This document shows, one piece after another, positions 47,291 through 59,200 of a stretch of 64,000 nucleotides of DNA. The translations under genes were made by a program, and so were the position numbers. Each line of letters starts with the position of its first letter. Position 1 is the first letter of the stretch. Origin of the DNA: Thalia democratica (Eukaryota); the NCBI GenBank assembly GCA_965202585.1, contig OZ241827.1, positions 22,878,001 to 22,942,000 of the forward strand, given 5' to 3'. The notes below the pieces were generated by a model. It ran no database searches. It worked only from the letters and a program-made list of their open reading frames with translations, and was not told where the DNA came from.

Positions 47291-50200
47291 ATGACTAATG
47301 TTTCAATGAGCAATTTGACAGAAAACTTAAAAGTTATTGAAACTGCAGATGAAGTTTTTATTACTTTATGTGGAACTTTTGCACTAGGTAAGTTTGAATC
47401 AGTTTTATTAATAAGTCAAACAATATTTAAACTTCTCAAGTTTACATGTTAGAAAACTTAAAAACATCTAAAAGTAGTTTATAATAGTTTAACAGAAAAC
47501 CTAACAAAATAAAAAACTTTGAAAAGTTTCAGAAAACATTTTTTTAAACACTTTAAAAATATATAAATAAAACTGAATTTAAAACCCGGGTTTTTATAAC
47601 TATATGGCTTCATCATGTGCTTGTTTCATTACATTTAAATGCTTTGAAAATAAAAACTCCTTTTACTAAAGCGAATTTTGTGTATTATTAACTTTACATA
47701 AATACTTAAAAAAAAAATTAAATTGAAAAAAAAAAGATAAATAAGTAAACTCGAACATACAAAAGTAAAAAATTAGAATGGATCAACCTTAAGCCCTACT
47801 TTATCTGTATTATAAAAACTTATACAGAAATTATAAAATTAAACAAAACAATTAAGAAAAATAAATAATTAAAAACAAATTAGATTTATAGTTCTAAACA
47901 AAGTTTAAGCAAGTAGAAAAGAAGGGATGTTTTTAAAAATAAAACTTATTATACCTCTCAATTGAGATAATAGTTTATTTTAATAGTATTTAAAATGGTA
48001 AGATTTTTTTATAAGTCAAAATTAAATGCCATAATCTTTCATAAATTCATATTTAACAGGTTTTCATTTAGGACTGATATTGATACATTCCGATCCGGTA
48101 AAAACCAACAAAATTCATAACGGATTCGGTGCAAAAGCTATTTTGAATTTCTGTGAGTGAGCTACAACACTAGTATACTAATTCTTTTATTCACTATAAA
48201 AAATATATATGTTAACTTCTAAACTCTATCTTTCAAAATATGATCCTATTATCAAAGTAATTTTAAAATATGAAAGATATTTTTGTTGAAATAACTTATT
48301 TATTCAAGCACCTCTTGATACTACTTTATATTCGCAGTTATCAGTGCGTTAAGTTATTATTATATCGGATACATATTTGCATACGGAACTCAAGCTAACG
48401 GCTTCATTGGATATGGAAAATTCGCAAGTTTCAATATAAGTCATGTAAGAAACTTTAAATTTTATTAAATATGCTTTAAAAAGAAGTTTTTTAATTTTTT
48501 TAAAATGTTTTAAATGCAATTTTGTTTGAAATATTTATTTACTTAAACAGCTTGAATATTTTAAAACATGATAACTTATTTTATCTCATTTTAAGGTACT
48601 GTGAAGCATAATTAATATGTTAAACAAGCGCTAATTTCAAAGATTTTATGAAAATAGCAAAACAAATTAATTTATTAGAGCGAGATATTGTCTGAAGACT
48701 TCAGCCTGTTCACTTCTTCTTGGATATATTTTGAAGTGATTCGTGCCACTTGCGTGTCGTTAGTATACTTGAGCGTGGTATCCGACAAATCTTCCGTATT
48801 ATCCACTCTTCTGCCCACTTTTGTGATTTCTGCTTTCGTTTACCCGACAGTCGTGCACTGGTGCTGGTCAGATCAGGGGTGGCTGAAGTTAGGATTAGGT
48901 TTGTTTTTATTTTTCAATTGGCGTTTAAACGTTTAGTTTGATGTTTGGTTATTGTGTTTAAAATGCTGTTTATAATAATGCTCAACACGTTTATCTAAGT
49001 TGTAAATGTTTATGTCAAATACTTAATGAAAAGTTGAAGATTTATACGAATTATCAAGTTTCATTGGCAATTTAAAAATTAATATAGAATAAAAACGTAA
49101 TCAGTACATAGCAGGGACGTAGCTAGCTTAAAAAAGTTACGAATCTACTAAAATTAAAACATCTGAAATGACGCGTGATAATGTCCTAGCGGGAACACAG
49201 CAACTTAAACTACATCCAATGTTATTGAATTTAATCTGAAACTAAGCAGTTATGTTAATACATCAAAAAATGGAATTTTGAAGTACGAGTGAAAACTGTA
49301 TACAAGGCAATTTATTTTGCTCCACACCCAATATGACTCTTTATGTGTTGCCACTTGTGTAAACCCAGAAAACATTCATTAAAAATAAGTATAAGAAAAT
49401 CACAATTTAACTCAAAAACAATTATATTGTATTGAAAATCAAACATTTAACGTATTCAATAGTAACAACAAGTTATGAAAATTTTTGTAACATAAAATTG
49501 TATGATTTTGATTTATGAAGCTACAGCTTCCATTACAATCAATTTTACAATGTAGCTTTTTGTCAAATTAAAGCTTCAACGCGCTAAATGTTACAATTTG
49601 GGTATATTTAATTCGTTTAATTTTTACGACACTAAAAATGCTAAAGAGTGCATATATGTCGAAATTATCTCTCAGGAGTGCATAACTAAGTTTAAATGAA
49701 TACTTTAAGCTAAAAAGCAGAGTCTTTTTAAGCTGAAATAAAAGCAAGTTTTTCGCATATAAGTATACGTTTCTGTAGATTTGCAGAAACGTAACAAGCC
49801 ACGTGCCTGGTACATAGTAACTTACAAAAACAAGGTATTTCCATTTTTCAACGTGTCTATTGTTACGACTTAATTTAAAATGCAGACTTCAATTATGACT
49901 TTATTTTGTTAATTGCATTATAAAACTAGTTCAAAATTTTTCTTTTATATTTAAGGCAGTAAATATTAGTAAACTAAATTTTAACAACATTGGTAAAAGC
50001 TTTAAATTTTGATAACAAACGTTTAACAAACAAATCATAACTAAAATTTACACTACATCATACCAAAAGGTACGAAATTGGAGTATTACGACAGAGGAGG
50101 AGCGGGAGTCGTCCATGTGACTGGCGCCACAGCGGCACTGGTGGCCAAAATTTTCTACAATGGGGGCAAGGAGTCAAGTGATAAAAATGAGTTATCAAAC

Positions 50201-53200
50201 TTGAAAGAAGTAAAAATATTTTATCAAGCTATTGAACTTTTGATTTCGTTTAAGTTTTATTAGAGTTAGAAGTTATTGCAAAAAAAAAAAAAGTTTTTAT
50301 TGTAATATTATCTTTATTAGGTAAGCACCTTCGTGCTTCTTATTAATTTTTTCCGTCAATAACTTATCTAAAATAAAGGAATTACTTTTTATATTGTTCT
50401 CAAAACTTAAACAAAACCATTAAACAGATAATGACCGGAGCTGGTTATTTTGCTGCAACAATTGGATTCATTGCTCTTAACTGTGGAGCGGAAAAGTGAG
50501 TACACATAGATTTCCTACTATTTGTCTCAAGTCTATTAAAGTAGTGTTTCTGAAAAAAGTCATAGTTGAGTGCATATAAAATAGCCTGATATTAAAAAAT
50601 ATATACACTTTAAGAATATGCTCTATCATATCTTATTTTTAACATCCGTTTTTTAGTAGTTATGAAATTTTATAATATATAGTGTATTAGAAACTACAAT
50701 TAGAGCAAAATAGTAGTAGTAATAGTTTATACATAAAAAAAATTCAATGTGTATATATTTAATCTTTAAATTTTTATAATTATGTATAATGAATAAAAGA
50801 TTTAAAAACTTAATATAACTAAAAAAAGTCAAATTGAATACTTTTTGTATTTATAAAATTTTAGAAAAACTTGCTAATGAATGTCGATAAACAATAAACT
50901 TAATTTCAAGTTTGTTTTTCAATACAGACACATTTTTCGAAGTGCTAATATCGGAACCTTTGGTGTAGTAGCAATTAACACAATTATATCAGCTGCAACA
51001 TGTGGCATCCTCGTAGCGTTGCTCACACCTGTTTTCAATAAAAAGACCAAAACTAACTTGTACTTAAAAACAATAAGTGGTGGTATTTGCGGTTAGTGTT
51101 GCTTACATACACAGAAAAAAACTATCTTTTAAAAAATAGAAAATATTAGTTTACTTAAAACTATTGTTTTTGGTTTTTTTTGGTTACTTTAATGTGTAAA
51201 AATATTTATTTTGTCTCTCTAATTTATCAAAATAGAAAAAATCTTGAATTTTAAGAAAAGGTTTCAGCATCATCAATTTAAAACATTTTTTCACATTAAG
51301 TATAATTCTAATAACGTTTTTACCATGAAAAACATTTCTTTGTTTTCTGTATCTAAATTTTTTTTTAATTCAATTGTCATTTCTCGTAAACTCATACTTA
51401 CGTTTTTTAAAGGGATGGTTGCTTCTTCAGCTTCAAGCAGTGATATTCATCCGTGGTTCGCGTTTCTTATTGGTTCATTTGCTGCATTACTCTTCATATT
51501 GGTGTGGAGTGCACTAACTATTATTAAAGTAGACGATGATAAAGACATAATTGCTTGTTTGTTTTACTTTAACGTTTTAGATAAGTTGAAGTTTAATTTA
51601 TATTAATGTTTACCAGTGTATTTACTTTAAGCTATAAAGATAACTCTATTGTAAAACTGTATTTGTAATCAAACAAACCAGATAAAATGTTGGTAAAAAA
51701 TAAAATCAAAACACATACTAATATGAAGTCATAGTAAATATTTTTCAGCCCATTTAGGTGGTGGTTTTGCAGGCGTTGTATTGAGTCCAGTTTTGAGAAT
51801 CAAACTAGAAAATTCAGACAATCTTACTGGTGATTTGACTTCTTACACGGTTAAAATTTGAACTAGTTTTAAAGTTGTTGGATTTTTAAATCTATAACTT
51901 GTAACAAGCATCAAATCTTTTCTAAACAGGAAAGACTATTTTATATAATGTAGAAAAAGCCTTTTCTATGAATTAGCAGAACAGTGATGAGTAGTTAAGA
52001 TCTGATGCTAAGTTAAAATTTTATACAAAATCTTACAATCTATTTTTATTCAGTATAAATTAGACACAATTTTTCTCAGCTAGTAAAGTTATAATTACCA
52101 ATCAATATATAAAAATAGGTTAAACTATCTTACGAATATAAAAAATTATATGACCTTTGAGCAATCGCTAAACACCAGATTTTATTGAAAAAAAAAGTAA
52201 ATTGAATTAAACTAGATAAGTTTTAAAACTAATGTAGGTAAAATTTTAATTGTTTTTTTTTTCCAATTGAAGCTGATGAAAACAGTCTTTCTAGTGTAAA
52301 AACTTTTTCAGGTTTAAAATTTTTTTAATGCTTATAAGTTTGTTGTAAGTAAAAACTCAGTAACGTTTCAGGCGGTTTTGTGGAACTTCGTTGGCGTTTG
52401 TGCCATTTTTGTGTGGACAACTTTCCTTAGTGCCTTGTGTTTTTGGTTTTGCTCGAAATTTCGAAATCACCAGTTTTTCATATCAAAAGAAAAGTTCAAT
52501 AAAAATGAAAACTGCGGTAAAAAAGAAACTGAAAGTCACGGGGACGAAAGTTCGCTTTTAAACTAAATTGAAATTAATAAACATTCTAATAACATTTAAT
52601 TGTTTATTTTTTAGAGCAAGTAAATTGTATAGAATTCCGTAACAGATACTATTGGAGACAACAAAGAAGAGATTACTTTGATTGAAAATAAAACAACTAA
52701 TGAAAATATTGAAAACGAGCTAGCCGACCCTAAAACTTTAATCAAGGAGAAAGAAAAGATTGAAAAGTTGAAGCTAATTTATTGGATGCTTTATCAAATA
52801 AAAAATCAAAAAATTTCAAACAAAGACAAAAAATTAAAGTAAGCAATCAATTTTAAAAATTAATGACACCTAAAATATTTAATGCTTTGAACTTTGAAGA
52901 AAAAAAAAAGTTTCGTTTTACTGTAATTTGAGATTAATAGAAAAAAATTTATTGGTTATAAACGCTCAAAAATTTTTAGACTTCACTCAAAGAGAGATCT
53001 AAAATCAAGAAAAGACTCAGATATTCCGAGTACGAGCAAATTAAACACAATCATAACAGAAGATTTCTTAAGAGATTTAAAAGACAGCTTAGCTCCTATG
53101 ACAAAACCTTTTCAACACTTAGAGACATCAAAAACTGTAGATTTAAATACCACAAATTCCAACGAATATAACAAACACGACCTTAATGAAAACTGTTTAG

Positions 53201-53559
53201 ATAAAAACTCTCTTTCACAATCAGTTTCTCAAATAAAGCTTAGCTTTCAAACTACAAAAAAACTCCCGTCAACGAAACTGACTCGAGCGCCCAGTATACC
53301 GAGAAACTTACCAGAGAAGTTCAGTGTAAACAGTATTAGCCTGAAGCAGACTAACAGTTTGATTAAGTATTTAGTTTCACAGCAAAGCTCTAAAATTGAT
53401 GTCGACATCAACAACATTGCGCGGAAATCCATTGGTGATTTTGTCGCTAAAGGCAAACTAAGTTCACAAGTTTTTGATGATTGCAATGAAGTTGAAGACC
53501 TGAAAATAGACAGTCGAGAAAGAAAAGTATCGCTGTCATCGTTTTTAAATAAAATGTAA
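47291..53559 (+). CDS. amt: Divergent ammonium transporter (Amt/MEP/Rh superfamily, Amt-type), ~683 aa with a long hydrophilic C-terminal tail; 12 coding exons
   Basis: Exons 47291-47387, 48060-48152, 48338-48444, 48679-48898, 50070-50209, 50428-50495, 50928-51091, 51413-51556, 51749-51849, 52372-52516, 52646-52838, 52980-53559 (2052 nt, GT-AG, open frame). Amt motifs: YYIGYIFAYG..NGFIG, VYPTVVHWCWS..GWL, D.GG.GVVH, AINT, GMVA, KVDD..D...HLGGG. The start codon and the exon 11 acceptor are the least certain parts. Confidence 0.85.
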
Positions 53560-55969
53560 CTAGCAAAATAAATTTCAATTTCATGATATTAACTTTGTTT
53601 TATTTATGCCTTAGTCTATCCTATAGTGATAAAAGCTACTAAGTCTAACATTAAAGTGTTTAACTACGGTTTCTTACCTTCAATAGAGACAACACTAGAT
53701 ACAATAAAGTATTTCAAATCAATGTTTCTATACCACCATATTGGGTAATCATTTTAACTAGTATCTAAACTTTTAAAATAAATGTATAGACAGCTTGTGT
53801 AATATTCTTTAGTAAAAATACAAACTTCCGTAAATTTAAAGTTTAAATGCATACTTCAGTGAAAGATTTCTGCTTATTGATAACGAACATTAGCACAGAG
53901 AAATATAAAGACAGTTATTAAAAACAAAAATTTTAAAACTCAAGTGGGTTATAATAATATATTACAAAAACCTTTTATAGTGTCTATAGTATTACTTAAA
54001 AAAATACTTTAAAATAAAATTCAAAGGAATATCAAACTACAACTATGCAACTTCATCAAAACTATATCAACAAAAACTGTTAAATATTAGTAAACAAATA
54101 CTTACTAATCAAAGCTGTTTAATCATAAAAAACAAAAAAAAAAATTTAACTTATTAACAACTTTAGTTTAGTTTAATCAATCCAAGTGTTTGTTTTTATC
54201 GAATAGAATATTCTATTTGTATATTTTTTTAAAATTATACACTTAAACAGATTTCTAATTAAAAAATAAATAAAAAACAAATGTTTTCACGAAAAAAATC
54301 TGATAAACAATTAATTAAACAGTAAATAACTTCAAATAACTTAGAAGTTAAATTGTAAATCAGTTTTCAAATGGTTTAAAAGCTTTTTGTAAAAACAATG
54401 TTTTTACTTAAACTGCTTTAAATATAACTGATTAAAACAATTCTAAATCTTTACATAAAATTAATAACAAAGTTGTATATAAAATTTTTAAATACAGTTT
54501 AGTAATCCCTTTAAAAACTATAAGGAGTAATAAATAAAGTATAAGCTACGATATTCCAAAAAACAATAAAGTCAGAAAGTATTTTGAAAGTATCATTTTA
54601 CACAAGAAATTGCTTGTTAAAAATATGAATATTTTTAAATAGTTTCAATGTGAGATTTTTATAAATTTAAAATAAAGGTTTCTAAGTACTCCAAATTTTT
54701 TATACATAAACTTATCAAAACATTAAAGTTTATATGCAGATCAAAAACTTCAATAAGTTAGTACTTTATTAATATAACAAATTTCATATTAAAAATTATG
54801 CATTGGGAATTAATTAAATTTGAGTTGTATATAGTGTAAAAGTTGTTTTTTAAATTTATAAACAAAACTGTTTATCCTAGACTTCTTATCTTATAAACTT
54901 GCTTTAAAATATGTAGTAAAACAACTAATTTAATAGTTAAATGGTCTAAATAATTTAAATTATGTAAGTTTCTAATCAAAATTTTGTTTTTTCATAGTTT
55001 TAGCCGCTGGTTTTAGGAAATTCATAGTAGTTTAGTACATAGATAGTTTACTTCTAACTAAGAAAACGAAATTAGTTTCTAATCAAACTATTCAATTTGG
55101 GCAAAAGTTAAGAAAACCTATAAATAGAAATAAAATTTATTGATATTCTCAATGTACCTGCACACACACTTGGAGGCGACAACAAACAATGAACAAGCAC
55201 CAATAAGCAAATAAACGTTGACCAACAAAAGAACACTGATACGTCGCGTTATTGTTAGTTTTAACGAGATGTAGAATTGTAAAATTAATGCAGTTGAAGT
55301 ATTATTTTCAATGCGTGTTTAGTAGCACTTCTTTGTGGGTCGCAAAAAGCTTTTTTATTTTCATTTTTTTCTTAAGAATGAGAAAAAAACAATAACTAAA
55401 AGATGTTTTAACTTTAAATATTATGACCTTGAGAAAAAAATTGTATGGCTTTAGTTCAATAAAGGCGTTTAATTGTCGAGAACGCTGCAGTATAAATAAT
55501 TGATGCAAACGCTTTTTTCTAAAAAAATGATCGTAGACGAAGATAAAAAATTAAAGCTTTTATAACTTTTAAAGAAAGCAAAGTATATAAAAAGCTAAGT
55601 AAATGTATTTTTAATGTAAGTAAAAGTTTTCGAGAGTCAAACTTAATCATTGTAGAAAACAAAATATTAAAACATTTTTTTGCATAATTTCAAACAAGAT
55701 AAACATCATAGCTTCAAAAACAGTTTAGAATAGTATTTGAAAGAGTAGTCACAACGATAGTGTTTTATTTGTACTATTATCTTTAAAACAAAGAAGATAA
55801 AGTAGTATCGGATTTATATTCTTTTAATAGCTCATTTGCAATAAAAAACGTAAAATCGAGCTATAAAGTAAAAGTTCTTTGTGAAAATGCTTTTATTTCA
55901 CACGAACAAAAACTTTTGAACTGTAAACAAAGACTGTATATATTGTTTTTTTTTTACAACAAAGTAAAA

Positions 55970-56018
55970 GAGTTTCTATTCTTTTTTTTGTTTTTTTGTA
56001 CTTTGTTGTTTTTTTCAG
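55970..56018 (+). other. Strong U-rich 3' splice acceptor upstream of the villin-like start (5' UTR intron or SL trans-splice site)
   Basis: About 40 nt of U/G-rich tract ending tttttttcAG at 56018; a second acceptor cttAG at 56184 lies 17 nt before the ATG. Confidence 0.4.
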
Positions 56019-56201
56019 GTGTGAACTTAAACAGTGAACCAAGATTCAAAAAGTTTTTCTAAGATGAACGCTCTATATATAAATAAGTTTAAAACAAAAT
56101 TTAGTTAAGTTTTAAGTTTCAACTTTGATAGGTTGTTCGTGATAAATTATAATTGTTATTTTTTTAATTTTATTGCCTACTTAGACTTTATTTAATAAGA
56201 T

Positions 56202-59200
56202 ATGGCAGAAGGAATATTTCACCCAGAATTTGACAAAGCTGGTAAAAAGGCTGGAATGCAAATATGGAGAATTGAAGTAAGAAATTGGTTTTAATAAGTT
56301 AATACTAACCTGTTTTTAATCGTAATTTTTTCATGTGTTTTATTTTACTTCTTTAATTGATTTCAGTTTAACTATACTTTTCTACCAAATATATATTTTT
56401 AAAATCACTTTAAAAATACTTTCAACTTAAACTACTACATTTTTTACTTCTTATAACTACAACTAAAACAAAATTCATCGTGATTTTAAGTAGGTAAAAA
56501 TGGATTCTAAAGTACATTTAAAGTGTCTGTAAAAGCCGTTATTAATTATGACGTCATATAGGATATGGAGATGAAACCGATTCCAGGGAAAAACTACGGC
56601 CACTTTTTCATTGGAGACGCGTACATTGTGCTTCATGTAAGTAACTATCATATTTTGTTATAAACACAAGTAGTGTTTATTTATGAACTATATTTCAGTC
56701 GAAAGCTTCGGGATCAAGATTTTCGTACCGTCTTCACTTTTGGTTGGGAAATGATTCAAGTCAGGACGAGCAAGGTCTGTATGAATATTCTATTAAAATT
56801 ATAGTATTGTTTTATTTACTGGAAAAAAATACAGTGTGTTTAAAGTTTAGATAGAAAATTAAAAAAAAAGTTGGTAGCATTGGTTTGCCTTTAAAACATT
56901 TCGTTTATTAAAAAAAAAGTTAAATTGGCAAAAAAAAAAAAGGAAAATCATAGTTATACAATAAATAAACTTTTATCTTGTTCAATTTGTTAAAAATATA
57001 ATGTTATAATAAATTTTAAACTAAAAATTTAAATGGTGGAAATTAAATTTGTCAGAAGTTGTACTTTTAACTTTTCATATACTAATAATAAGTTTCGTAC
57101 TAAATCCAAAATTAAAAATTAAATTTTCTTAATAGAGTAAATGAACTTAAGTTTAATTATATACATTTTATAGCTAGCCTTACTATACCATTAACAATAA
57201 AGTTCTAATTATCAGTAACTTAGTTTTATAATGATTAATATCAAACGAAATTTGGAATTTATTTAAGATTCAATTGTCAGGTTTTTACAAACTTGATTAA
57301 CATGCACCTTTATTTTAAAAGTATAAGTTTTCAAACATCATATTTCAATACAAAATGCTGAACAGCTCAAAAAACTTAAATAAACTTATTCTTAAACTGT
57401 TTGTTTTAAGTCAGAGGTTATACTGTTATTGAACAAAATACTCTTATTTTTAAATAGTTATAAAGCAAAAAATATTTAAAACTAATACTTAAATAATACC
57501 ACAGGAGCAGCTGCAATGCTTGCCACCCAGCTCGATGATTTCCTGGGTGGAGATCCGATTCAGTACAGGGAAACCCAGCATCACGAAAGTGAAACTTTCA
57601 AAAGCTACTTCAAAAGTGGAATAACGTTGGTTGTTTAGTAATTAAAATTGTATTAAATTTTTTGTTCATAGATGTAAAACGTGTTCTTTAACATCATAAA
57701 CAAAGTTTTTAGACTGTTTGTAAAGCATTTTATTGTTTATACTTTACTTTATTTTAACTATATTGTTTGAACATAAACAAATCAAGACAATTTTACGGTA
57801 TTATTATAACATGACGAAGACAAACTTTTTGACGTTTTTATTTTTTTAGACTCATAAATAAAGAAAAAGTAAAGTTTTCTCACGTTTTACTAGTCTATTA
57901 CTGTAAAGCTAATAGGAAGTAATCTGCGCGATTTAATTTTTAGAATTCCAATTTTTTTATGATTTAAACGTATGGTATTATAGTAATTAAGTGAGTTAAA
58001 AATATGCAGGATAGAAAAATTAGCATGGCATAGTATAGCTTAAGTACATTAAGATATTTAGGCCTATTTGGATATTTTTGTGAATACATAAAAGTTCCAT
58101 CACATCGACTTTAATAACTCATACATTTTATTTCAATAATGTTGTTATAAAAGCAATATTTTTTTTTGTAATTTTTATTTATAACTTTTTAAAATACTAT
58201 TTAAAAAATTTCAATAGAAAAAAGCATATATTATACAAAAAAGCCTACATTCAAACTCATACTAATTTGTAGTGTAATTATTATTACTTTTGATCTACAA
58301 ATTACGAAAAAAAATAGTTACAAGAAAGGAGGTCACGCCTCGGGATTCCACCACGTGGAAACGAACCAATTCAACGTGAAGAGACTGCTGCACGTCAAAG
58401 GGAGGAAGAATGTCACCGCCGTGGAAGTCGACTTCGCGTGGAGCAGTTTCAACCTCGGGGATGTTTTCATCGTGGACCTGGGCAAGATCATCATCCAGTG
58501 GAACGGGCCTGAAAGCAATCGAATGGAAAGATTAAAGGTTTTAGAACTTTTTTAACATTGTGCTTATCGTAGTCAATAATAAAAAAATTAAAAATAGTGT
58601 TGTATGAAACCGTTTTGAATATTTAAAGTATTTCGTGTCAATTATTTTTGATATTTATTATAAATGTTTATATACTTTTAAAATCTAAAACTTTTATTAC
58701 TGTTTCTTAATAAACACATAAAATAAATGTTATGTTTGCACTGTAATTTAACTTTCATTTTCATATTTTTTTTTAGTTTTAAATTCAAAGTTAATACGAA
58801 ACATAGTTTTCTTTAAAGTATATAAATAAAATTAGCTGCACTATTTTAATTTAAGTACTTAATATTATTTTTAGTATCTTACACCTTAATGAAGCTACAA
58901 TTAAAAATTAGTATTGATGTTTGCACAAATTTGTTTGTGTATTTGCTTAAAAGCGCAAGTGTTGTTTATCAATTATCTAATTTCTTTTTAATGTTTTCTG
59001 GAAAGCAAATTGATAGCTAATCGTGTGAGATAAGCATTTAACGTAAACGCACTGTATTACTTCATCGGCAAAATTAATGATTAACAAATTCATGGTCATT
59101 ACTAATAATTACAAAGCTAAAATGCGCACTTTTTTTTTGAGTAAAATTTAAAACAAGGTTTAGTAGAAACCGACTTAAAAATTATTTATAAAATAACCTG

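Noticed and set aside
49112-49356. CAGGGACGTAGCTAG resembling a Harbinger/MITE terminus
   Set aside because: No convincing reverse-complement partner or target-site duplication found.
53607-53613. miR-124 site TGCCTTA after the Amt stop
   Set aside because: It lies downstream of an AATAAA at 53567-53572, so it may be outside the mRNA; single site.
54202-54225. ATTCTATTTG resembling the start of the Ciona spliced-leader exon, inside a 16-bp AT palindrome
   Set aside because: The match stops after 10 nt, with no following donor or Sm site in the right arrangement; pure-AT palindromes are common here.
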